Assembly: GCA_963702845.1 (NCBI GenBank)
Contig: OY969763.1
Coordinates: 832,001-896,000 of the forward strand
Length of the DNA stretch: 64,000 nt
Direction of reading: 5' to 3'
Source of the DNA: an uncultured Verrucomicrobiae bacterium
GTDB taxonomy: Bacteria > Verrucomicrobiota > Verrucomicrobiia > Limisphaerales > Palsa-1400
In this document: positions 23,263 through 32,178 of the stretch, piece after piece
How positions within the stretch are numbered: the first letter of the stretch is position 1
Layout of the letters: each line of letters starts with the position of its first letter
Notes under the pieces: generated by a model
Database searches by the model: none
What the model was told of the DNA's origin: nothing
Seen by the model: the letters and a program-made list of their open reading frames with translations, nothing else
Program-made: the position numbers and the translations under genes

Positions 23263-24735
23263 ATGAAAAAGAACCCGAACAGTTTTATTTCGGTTTTTGG
23301 CATCGCGCTGTTGTTGACGTCTGCGCCGCTGATTCGCGCGGAGGTCTCGGCGGACGAAGCCCGCCAAATTGCCGAGGACGCATATATTTACGGCTACCCG
23401 CTCGTATCGATGGAAATGACCCGTCGCGTCATGACCAACGTGCGCGAACCTGAAGGCACACGCGTGCCGATGGGACAATTCATGCGCATGAAAGAGTATC
23501 CCACCGCCGCTTTTCACGACGTTGTCGCGCCCAATGCGGACACGCTGTATACAACGGCGTGGGTGGACGTCGGCAAGGAACCTTGGGTTGTCAGCATTCC
23601 AAATTCGAACGGACGTTATTATCTGTTCCCGATGCTTGATGGATGGACCACGGTGTTTCAAGTTCCCGGCAAACGCACCACTGGCACCGGAGCGCAGAAA
23701 TACGCTATCACCGGTCCCGGTTGGAAAGGAACCTTGCCCGCAGGTGTGAAGGAATACAAATCGCCCACGGCGATTGTTTGGTTGCTCGGACGTATTTCTT
23801 GCACGGGCACGCCCAAGGATTACGCGGAAGTTCATGCCATGCAGGATAAGTGCGCTCTGGTTCCGCTCAGTTCCTTCGGCAAATCTTACACGCCGCCCCC
23901 TGGCGAAGTGGATCCGGCCATTGACATGAAGACGCCTGTCAAAGAAATCGTGGATCGTCTCGACACTGAAAGTTTTTTCAAATTATTGGCCAAGCTGATG
24001 CAAGACAACCCGCCTGTCGCCGCCGATGCGCCCATCGTCGCCCGGATGGCAAAAATTGGGATCGTTCCGGGACAACCTTTCGACATCAACAAACTGGGAC
24101 CGGACACGGCCAAGGCGTTGCAGGACGTTCCCAAAACTTCCGCTGAAAAAGTCATGGCCTATGCCAAGGATGCGCGCACCGAAAACGGTTGGCTTTTTTC
24201 CACTCATACCGGCGTTTATGGCACGAATTATCTGAACCGCGCCCTCGTCGCCGCCATCGGACTGGGGGCCAACCGTCCGGAGGACGCCATTTATCCAACG
24301 TCCAAAGCGGACGCCGAGGGGCAGCCTTACACCGGGGCCAGCAAATATGTGATTCATTTCGCCAGTGCCAAAGACTTGCCGCCGGTGAACGGCTTTTGGT
24401 CGCTGACGATGTACAACTCCAAAATGTTTTTTGTTGAGAACCCGCTCAACCGCTACACGCTCAGTTCGCGAAATAAATTCAACACCAATCCCGACGGCTC
24501 GCTCGACCTTTACATCCAACACGATTCGCCGGGCTCAGAAAAAGAAGCCAACTGGCTTCCCGCGCCCGCCGACAATTTCGCATTGATGTTTCGTTTTTAT
24601 TGGCCCAAGGAACAAATCCTCAACGGTAGCTGGAAAATGCCTGCCGCGAACAAAACGCCCGGAGAAATCGTGCCTTCCGCCGCAGGTGCCGAACGCAAGT
24701 CCGACCAACAAGAAAAGGAATCGCAAAAGAAATGA
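23263..24735 (+). CDS. DUF1254/DUF1214 domain protein
   Basis: AYIYGYPLV, PNADTLYT, GFWSLTMY, NWLPAP; signal peptide. Confidence 0.92.
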   Translation: MKKNPNSFISVFGIALLLTSAPLIRAEVSADEARQIAEDAYIYGYPLVSMEMTRRVMTNVREPEGTRVPMGQFMRMKEYPTAAFHDVVAPNADTLYTTAWVDVGKEPWVVSIPNSNGRYYLFPMLDGWTTVFQVPGKRTTGTGAQKYAITGPGWKGTLPAGVKEYKSPTAIVWLLGRISCTGTPKDYAEVHAMQDKCALVPLSSFGKSYTPPPGEVDPAIDMKTPVKEIVDRLDTESFFKLLAKLMQDNPPVAADAPIVARMAKIGIVPGQPFDINKLGPDTAKALQDVPKTSAEKVMAYAKDARTENGWLFSTHTGVYGTNYLNRALVAAIGLGANRPEDAIYPTSKADAEGQPYTGASKYVIHFASAKDLPPVNGFWSLTMYNSKMFFVENPLNRYTLSSRNKFNTNPDGSLDLYIQHDSPGSEKEANWLPAPADNFALMFRFYWPKEQILNGSWKMPAANKTPGEIVPSAAGAERKSDQQEKESQKK

Positions 24736-25026
24736 TAGGAAGGCTTTTGTACCTCGGGCTGCCGCTAAAATTGAACCGGTCGTGCTAGTCCTCGACATTT
24801 ATAAACCTCGGCGTGTCCTTCACTGCTTGGACTCGGCAACCAGGCGTGGGGCGAAGACGTCGACGAGGACGGGGCCGAGGATGGACGTGACGAGAAACCA
24901 GGACGAGGAGACGTTGAGTGTCGGGCGGTCGAGGAGGGGTTCGTGGGCCAGGGTGCTGAGCTTGAATCGTCAGGCCACATTGAAAGTGTATGCATGCTCG
25001 ACGTCATTCTCAAAAGGACTGAAACC

Positions 25027-25353
25027 ATGGCTTGGATTTACTTAGTCATCGCAGGCGTTCTGGAGATTGGATGGGCCATTGGCCTCAAATATACAGAAGG
25101 ATTCTCCAAATTTTGGCCGAGCGTAGCGACCATCTGCGCCATGATTGCCAGCTTCGCATTGCTGGCGACGGCACTCAAGACGATACCCGTGGGCACCGGG
25201 TATGCGGTATGGACGGGTATCGGTGCAGCAGGCACGGCTATCATCGGGATGGTCTTCCTCGGCGAGTCGCGAGAAGTCCTACGTGTGCTATGTATTGTGC
25301 TCATCGTTGCAGGCGTCGTTGGACTCAAGTTCGCGTCCGCATCCACACATTGA
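25027..25353 (+). CDS. sugE: SMR family exporter, Gdx/SugE subtype
   Basis: [26 protein letters not shown]...[16 protein letters not shown]. Confidence 0.9.
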   Translation: MAWIYLVIAGVLEIGWAIGLKYTEGFSKFWPSVATICAMIASFALLATALKTIPVGTGYAVWTGIGAAGTAIIGMVFLGESREVLRVLCIVLIVAGVVGLKFASASTH

Positions 25354-25720
25354 TCATGAGGCCTGGGCTGGGGCGCTGATCGCACCTTATTTTGGGTCGT
25401 TAGGCCGCTTATGTACAAAGACGAATATGAACACGACAGCTCACATTTTTGTTGCTCAACGGCACGTAAGTCGGTGTGAGTCCGTGTGAGTCCGTGGCAT
25501 CACTTCGGAATTACAAACCGCTTTTATTAGATAGGGCGCGTTGGCGAACCGGACAGCATCCGCGGTTAGCGGTGCATCAAGTCGTGTTGTTCCGTCTTTC
25601 CGGCTCCGAGCGCGCCGCCTCAGTGCTTGATGAGTTCATGAGTTTCAAATCGAAAACGGTTTGTGCGTTTTGTGCCTCTTTTGTGGCAATCCGCAATTCG
25701 AAATCCGCAATCCGACGCAG

Positions 25721-27106
25721 TTACGGCATTAGTTTGGTGACGATCGCGCGTTGCCATTGACGCTTCGCGTAAGGCGGATAACGCACGCCGGGATCCAGCT
25801 TCGCACTGTGATAGAGGACACCGCGTGCGTTAGTGAACGTCTCGAATCCCCATCGGCCATGGTAATTTCCCATCCCGGAGTTTCCCACGCCACCGAACGG
25901 AAGCTCGTGAAAGAGCGGATGAATGGCACAGTCATTTACCTCCGCGTCACCAGAAGAGGTCGCGTCCAGGATGCGATCAACCACGTCCGCGTCCTCGGCG
26001 AAGACGTAAAGGCCCAGCGGGCTTGGCCTGTCATTGACCCATTTGATTACTGCTTCGACCGATTCAATCTCGAGCACCGGAAGGATCGGGCCGAACACTT
26101 CCTCCTGCATGATGGGTGAATCCGGCGAAACATCCACCAGCACGGTCGGGGCAATGTAGAGTTCGGCCGGGTCGCTTTGGCCACCGGCCACGATTTTGCC
26201 GCAGCTCATCAGCCCCACGAGGCGGTCGAAGTTTCGGCGGTTGATCACACGACCGTAGTCCGGGCTTTTTTTGGGATCATCACCGTAAAATTCACGGATG
26301 GTTTCGCCCAGGTGGCGCACGAACTCATCCTTAACCTCGGGCCAAACGAGGACGTGGTCGGGCGCGGTGCAGATGTGCCCGGAGTTTGAGAAGCGGCCAT
26401 AAGCAATGCGGCGTGCCGCCACTTTCAAGTTCGCGGAGGAATGAACGATGGTCGGATTTTTCCCACCCAACTCCAGCACGCACGGCGTCAGATGCTTCGC
26501 CGCCGCCTGTTGGACGACCTTGCCGACCGAAGAGCTGCCGGTGAAAAAGATGAAGTCCCAATGCTGCTCCAGCAGCCCGGTCGTCTCTGGAACGCCTCCC
26601 TCGACTACCGCGACTGCGCGGGGATCAAAATACTTCGGCACCAACCGCACTACCGCCGCCGCGGAATTCGCCGCGACCTCCGACGGCTTCACCACTGCGG
26701 TGTTTCCCCCGGCCAGCGCTGCCGTCAATGGCCCAAAGGTCAGCATAAACGGCTCGTTCCAGGCACCGATGATCAGCGTCACGCCAAGGGGATCGCGGCG
26801 GACGCGGATTCGGCCGGGTTGGAACACCAGCGGCACCGGGGCGCGTTCTGGCTCCATCCAGTCCGCGAGATGTTTAAGAGTGTATTCGGCTTCCTTGGCG
26901 CAATAGGCGACGTCAATCAGATCGGCATCAATGACGTTGCGACGTAAATCCTTCCACAGCACATCGCACAGCTCGTCGTGATTTTCGGTGAACAGCGCCT
27001 TGACCGCTTCGAGTTGGGTTCTGCGCCACGCCGCCGGACGCGTCTGGCCAGAGAGGAAATATTCGCGCTGTCGGGCGACAAGGGTCGTGTAATCAAAGCC
27101 GGGCAT
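25721..27106 (-). CDS. Aldehyde dehydrogenase (ALDH3-like)
   Basis: IIGAWN, FFTGS, LELGGK, SGHICTAPD, EEVFGPILP, PFGGVGNSG. Confidence 0.93.
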   Translation of the reverse strand: MPGFDYTTLVARQREYFLSGQTRPAAWRRTQLEAVKALFTENHDELCDVLWKDLRRNVIDADLIDVAYCAKEAEYTLKHLADWMEPERAPVPLVFQPGRIRVRRDPLGVTLIIGAWNEPFMLTFGPLTAALAGGNTAVVKPSEVAANSAAAVVRLVPKYFDPRAVAVVEGGVPETTGLLEQHWDFIFFTGSSSVGKVVQQAAAKHLTPCVLELGGKNPTIVHSSANLKVAARRIAYGRFSNSGHICTAPDHVLVWPEVKDEFVRHLGETIREFYGDDPKKSPDYGRVINRRNFDRLVGLMSCGKIVAGGQSDPAELYIAPTVLVDVSPDSPIMQEEVFGPILPVLEIESVEAVIKWVNDRPSPLGLYVFAEDADVVDRILDATSSGDAEVNDCAIHPLFHELPFGGVGNSGMGNYHGRWGFETFTNARGVLYHSAKLDPGVRYPPYAKRQWQRAIVTKLMP

Positions 27107-27208
27107 GATGCAGTATCTTCAGTGGTTCCGTTATCCGCAATCCGCAATCCGGTGGACAGGCGATTATGCCTTTCCACGAGAAAATACCGGAGTGAGGGTG
27201 CTCGGTTC

Positions 27209-27356
27209 TGAGCCCCAAAGGGGCGACTCAATACAGCCCGGTGGCAACGCCCCGGGAAACGGGATCGCACCAAATTATAAGCCCTGAAAGGGCGTCCTAA
27301 TCCCAAACGTATCGTTCATCAAACGCAACGTTGTGCCGTTCCAGAAATGACCGGTA
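27209..27356. repeat. Isolated REP unit carrying about 60 nt of the RAYT 3' end
   Basis: AGCCCCAAAGGGGCG...AGCCCTGAAAGGGCGTCCTAATCCCAAACGTATCGTTCATCAAACGCAACGTTGTGCCG.TCCAGAAATGACCGGTA matches 12991-13138. Confidence 0.88.
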
Positions 27357-27361
27357 GCAGA

Positions 27362-27489
27362 GGCGGCAGATCACGCTCCGGAGGCCCACCGTGTTCGGCG
27401 GGGCCATGAGGTATCACCCGTAAGCACCGCGTCAGTCCTAACTGGCCAGGTGACAGGGGATAGGGGCAGTGCAAGACCGTGCCTTCGCC
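27362..27489. ncRNA. Putative structured RNA or ssDNA element (unassigned)
   Basis: Nested pairings GGCCC/GGGCC, TATC/GATA, CCC/GGG, CACC/GGTG, GTCAGT/ACTGGC, closed by GGCG/CGCC. Confidence 0.35.
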
Positions 27490-27600
27490 GCAGCTTTAGC
27501 CTTTCGGTTTCCGGCTTACGTCCTTCGTTTCAAAACCATCTGTGTCCATCTGTGGTTTAATTGTTCTTCGGGGCTTTCTAAACAAACATGCACTTCTAAC

Positions 27601-29337
27601 TTAAGTTCCTCTGAGCAGCACAAACCGATGCCAAAACGGCTGCGCCCGCCTCGGCTCCCGCGCCGCCTTTTCCGCGCTCGCACCGGGCAACCGAATCCAA
27701 AATCGACTGCCTTTCCCGACCTCCGACTCAACCCCTACGCGACCGTCCATCCGTTCCGCGGCCTTCGCCACCACTGCCAATCCAATTCCTGTGCCCTTGT
27801 AATCTGCAGGCGCCGCGCGCTCGAAAATCTGAAAAATCCGTTTCTGATCCTTTGGCTCAACACCAATGCCATTGTCCTCCACGAACACCGTAACCTCCGA
27901 ATCCTCCTGTGTGGCGCGAATGACCACCTGTGGCGTTCGTTCCTTGGGAACAAACCTTACAGCATTCGAAAGGAGGTTTTCCAGGATTTGCGTCAACAGT
28001 GTGGGATTACCCCGCACCGCTGGGAGTGTTGAATCGATTTGAAAATATTGACGCTGCTCCGGTGGAACTCCGTCGATCAATTGATGAACTAACGGATCGA
28101 GCTCGACTGTGTCCATTGGCCAGTCCGAGCTTGTGGCACGACTGTAAGCGAGGACGTCGGCGATCATTTTGTCCATACGAGAACCACTGGCAATGATGCG
28201 CTCCAGGTAACCTTGCTCCTCGCGATTCAGCTTTTCGTAGCAGTCCTCTTTTAGCACCTGGGCAAAGCCGGTGATGCCACGCAACGGCGCACGCAGATCG
28301 TGGGAGAGCGAATGAGAAAAAACCTGCATCGATTCGTTGGCCTCCTGCAATTTGGATTCTGCCTTACGCCGGACGCGAATCTCTTTCCGCATGAAGAGAT
28401 TCCATAATATCAACAGAAGTCCGGCAATGGCTGTCGCTATCAAGGCCTGCTTCGCCCGTTTCTCCATCAGGAGAAGGCGATGTCGCGATTGCAACCCAAA
28501 CATAAGGTGTTTGGCGAAGATATCGTCCAGTTCTTCACGAGAGATGGAGTCCAGTCCCTTTTCCAAAATACCCACTGGCAGGCCATGATCAAGATCGCGC
28601 CGAACCGCCACCCTCAGAGGCATGTCGGATTTGACAAGCACACCGCTGATGGCCAATTTCAGTTCTGGATGGCCGTTCAGATATTGGCTTGCGACGAACA
28701 GGTTCACAATGGTCGCATCCGCTTTTTTCTTTGCCACCAAATCGAAGCACTCTTGCTGCGTCCCCGCCAAAATCACCGATGCCGATGCAGGCAGGCGGTT
28801 GGTCGCTATTTGGGTTGTCATTTGCCTTCGCGGCAGGGCCAGCCTCCTGCGGCCCAGAACGGCCGCGGGGCCAAATATCTCCTCCCCTTCTCGTTCTACA
28901 ATAACCAACGGAGACCTGGAATAATCTTTGGTAAAGTCGAATAATTGCGCCCGTTCCGGCGATTTTGCGATGCCGCACGCAATATCCCAATGCTCACGAT
29001 TCGCCTCCAAATCTTCCGCGCTTTTATACGGTATCAGTTCAAATCTCAAACCCGTCCGCTGCGAGATCAGGTCCAGAATATCGTTATTGATTCCGCTCAG
29101 CTTTCCGTCTGGAAGGACATAGGAAAAAGGAGCCAGATTTGTCAAAACACCCACCCGCATCACCGGATGCCGGGCAATGCACTCGCGCTCCTCCAGTGAT
29201 AAAGTGACAGGGACGCCGCGTGCTTCTGCTACATTAGTCGCGGCAAACAAATGCGCGGTCGTCGCAAAAAGCCCGGCGGTTAATAGGATGACTCTGACCC
29301 CCAACCTCATGGGGCAACCTTGCACCAATCGCGCCAT
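27601..29337 (-). CDS. Sensor histidine kinase with periplasmic solute-binding (family 3) domain
   Basis: APFSY..DGKLSGI..DILDLI...TGLRFE; SHDLRAPL; NLLSNA; DNGIG; GTGIGL; start may be 29310. Confidence 0.9.
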   Translation of the reverse strand: MARLVQGCPMRLGVRVILLTAGLFATTAHLFAATNVAEARGVPVTLSLEERECIARHPVMRVGVLTNLAPFSYVLPDGKLSGINNDILDLISQRTGLRFELIPYKSAEDLEANREHWDIACGIAKSPERAQLFDFTKDYSRSPLVIVEREGEEIFGPAAVLGRRRLALPRRQMTTQIATNRLPASASVILAGTQQECFDLVAKKKADATIVNLFVASQYLNGHPELKLAISGVLVKSDMPLRVAVRRDLDHGLPVGILEKGLDSISREELDDIFAKHLMFGLQSRHRLLLMEKRAKQALIATAIAGLLLILWNLFMRKEIRVRRKAESKLQEANESMQVFSHSLSHDLRAPLRGITGFAQVLKEDCYEKLNREEQGYLERIIASGSRMDKMIADVLAYSRATSSDWPMDTVELDPLVHQLIDGVPPEQRQYFQIDSTLPAVRGNPTLLTQILENLLSNAVRFVPKERTPQVVIRATQEDSEVTVFVEDNGIGVEPKDQKRIFQIFERAAPADYKGTGIGLAVVAKAAERMDGRVGVESEVGKGSRFWIRLPGASAEKAAREPRRAQPFWHRFVLLRGT

Positions 29338-30239
29338 TTTAAAAGGGAGGGGAAACTCCTAGAGCGATTGCCGTTCCTGTTCCGCGTCGGTGCAGGTCCG
29401 TGCCTTCATCGCAATTTTAGCCGTTTCCTTTCCCAGCTCGCAGTCTGAATTTGAATTCCGAATTTTAGAAATCTCGTAGGGTGACCTATTTATAGCCCCG
29501 GGCAAACTGGCTCAGCCAGCGCAGCCCGGGGTAAACATAAAAAACGAAGTTTCACTTTCGCGAAGCGGCGACGAAAGAGTTAACAAATGACTCCGTCCTG
29601 TTTACAAATTCCAAAAATCCCTCGCGTATCGAAACAGGTCAGTAAGCGGCTTGGAAAAATTCCTGAAAAATGTGTGCTAAAAACGTTCGCGTGAATGCGA
29701 CTAGGAAACCCTGTCAAACTTTTTCCGGCTGAAAAACGGCGCGTATATGCACGAAAACTGTACCCAAATGTCGGTCTATGCGTGTCGCGGGTCTTCGCTG
29801 GAAAAAGTTTTCAAAAACGTGTGATAAAACTTTGCGCATGAGCAAGAGCCATCAGGTCCTCGCGGGGTAGCCGAAGACGATGCCCGCACACGCTGTCGAG
29901 GAGGAAGGCTGCGGATTTCAACGCAGCCGGTGCGGAGCGGAAGTGGATGCCAATCGGACAATGCGATCCATTTCAAATACGTGCGCGACTTCGCGTGGCT
30001 TCGCTGGACGCAATTCGCACGGCAACCGATATTGAACCGCAATTGAAAGGAAAACTATGAAAGATCAGGAAACACAACTGCGCTTCATCTTCATGCGCTC
30101 CCAGGGCGCCACCTTTTTTCCCTTCGTTACCTTCTGTATACAGAACTACGGCTTACGGTTACGGGTTGTGAATAACTTTTGGAGGGTGTCACCCCATAAC
30201 TGTCCAACCCCCTCCTGTAATTTTGACTGCATGAAACCT

Positions 30240-31560
30240 ACAAATAGACAGTTTCGAAAGGGGCGGGCGGCGGTCCCCCAATCCGAATTCCGCAATCAAT
30301 ATGCCTTAGCGTGCTTTGCCCCCTTCGCTCCCGTCGCGCGAAATCCGTTAACGGGCATGGACCCCATAAATTGAATAATGATGAAAACGAAAAATTGTAG
30401 CAGAAAAGTTCAGTTTTGCGGGGTTCCGTCCCGATAAAATCTGAAACAGGTAACGGGAGGTAATCAGAAGTAATCGGAGGTAATCTCATTATGCCGCAAA
30501 TCCGCCAACGAGCAAAGCGAGCCCCGACGGTCGTCGGTGGTTCGAAATCCGCGATCGAAGAAAATTGCACCATTTCTGCACTATTTTTGCCTCATCCAAC
30601 CGTTGCGGGTTCGTCGCGTCCGTTTCGAGACCCTCACTTTGGATCGCAAAAATCCCTTTTCGATCACTTTAAGTCACGTTTGGTCACGTTTGGTCACGTC
30701 CATTGCGAGACATCAAAAAATTTATTTTCATGTGACCTTTAGTGCCTTTATGTGACGTCTTGTGACCTTGACGACTTTATGTGACGAAGAATCTGACAAT
30801 TTAAGGGCTTCCCAGGAGGTGTGCCCCAAACACCGAAACAACCGCCGTGAATCCGCGGGTTGGTATCGCATCGCGATAGCAAGAGGTGTCGCCGAGGGGG
30901 GTGGGGGAGGTCTGTGTTCGCGCGCCGGATAGCATCCCCGATCAGTGGGTGCGTCAGTCCTGTTGTTCCGTCTTTCCGGCCTGTCGTTAACCGCGCCAAA
31001 AGATGTAAAACAGGTAACGGGAGGTAATCAAAAGTAATCGCGGCCTGAATGAAGGGGATGATGTGCAGGTGCCTGCTGACTCCTCTTCGAAACTCGGACC
31101 TGACGGGTGCCTGCCGTCAGCCTGACGTTTGAGAACCACTCCAACCCATTGACCATCAACATTCCTGACGGCCTGACGGCTCTACCCCCCTGGAAGGGGT
31201 ACCTACCCCTTTGCCTCGAGCTGGCCAGACATGTGCGCTGCTAACCAAGCCAAAACAATTTATTTCCGGTGCCGTTTGGTGCCGCCCGAGCCGGTCTCTC
31301 AACCCTCAACCATTTCCCCGCGCGTCCCTGCGCGACGCGACATCGAAAAAATCTCTTTTCGGTGCGTTTTGGTGCGGTTTCCGGAAAATCCGCAATTCTC
31401 AATCGGCAATCCGCAATTGATGAGATATGTGTTTCATCTGTGTTCAATCCGTGGCTAAAAACCCGCAAGCAGTAAAGATCGGTAAAGAAACGGTAAACTT
31501 TTTGTGCATCATTTACCTTTTTGTGGCCAACCCGTAATCCGCAATTCGAAATCCGCAATC
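30240..31560 (+). repeat. Non-coding array of heterogeneous 10-11-bp-period modules and short tandem tracts
   Basis: (G/A)GTAA at 30449/59/69/79 and again in 31008-31040; TGC at 30566/77/88; TCAC at 30664/74/84/94; GTAAA at 31472/82/93; no credible ORF. Confidence 0.8.
30803..30890 (+). repeat. 88-bp conserved structured element, copy 1
   Basis: Reverse complement of 44631-44719 with 2 substitutions and 1 indel. Confidence 0.92.
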
Positions 31561-31562
31561 AG

Positions 31563-31989
31563 TTATGGCATTAGATCGGGCCGAACACTTCCTCCTGCAT
31601 GATGGGTGAATCCGGCGAAACATCCACCAACACGGTCGGGGCAATGTAGAGTTCGGCTGCGTCACGCCAAAGGGGTCGCGGCGGACGCGGATGCGACCCG
31701 GTTGAAACACCAGCGGCACCGGGGCGTGTTGTGGCTTCATCCAGTCCGCGAGATATTGAAGGGCGTATTCGGCTTCCCTGGCGCAGTAGGCGACGTCAAT
31801 CAGATCGGCATCAATGACGTTGCGATGTAAATCCTTCCACAGCACATCGCACAGCTCGTCGTGATTTTCGGTGAACAGCGCCTTGACCGCTTCGAGTTGG
31901 GATTTACGCCACGCCACCGGACGGGTCTGCCCGGAGAGGAAATACTCGCGCTGTCGGGCGACAAGAGCCGGGTAATCAGAAACAGGCAT
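31563..31989 (-). pseudogene. Aldehyde dehydrogenase paralog with two large internal deletions
   Basis: Three segments matching 26776-27106, 26085-26167 and 25721-25732. Confidence 0.92.
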
Positions 31990-32178
31990 GATGCAGTTTC
32001 TTCTGTGGCTCATTCTTTACAACTGCCAATTTTTCGCGGGCCGGCATTTTTGGCATTAGCCGATGCGAGTATTAATAAGTTTAGACTGATGCCTTCCTTG
32101 GGAAAGATGACGCTTTCAGAATAAAGCAATTCCAGATGCCGCCCAATAGGCAGCCGAACCGTTAACGTTCATGAAAGT

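Noticed and set aside
29776..30060. GC-rich, coding-looking stretch
   Set aside because: None of the frames I checked gave a recognisable protein; possibly a gene remnant but unsupported
30803..30890. 88-bp element as a hammerhead ribozyme, group II intron domain V or known riboswitch
   Set aside because: Lacks the CUGANGA core, a domain V-like AGC/CGC-triad hairpin, and any riboswitch consensus I can recognise
30057..31558. Short ORFs across the module array (e.g. 30057-30374, 30238-30573, 31241-31558)
   Set aside because: Overlapping on both strands, no recognisable motifs; peptides such as IRNSQSAIRN are just translated heptamer tracts
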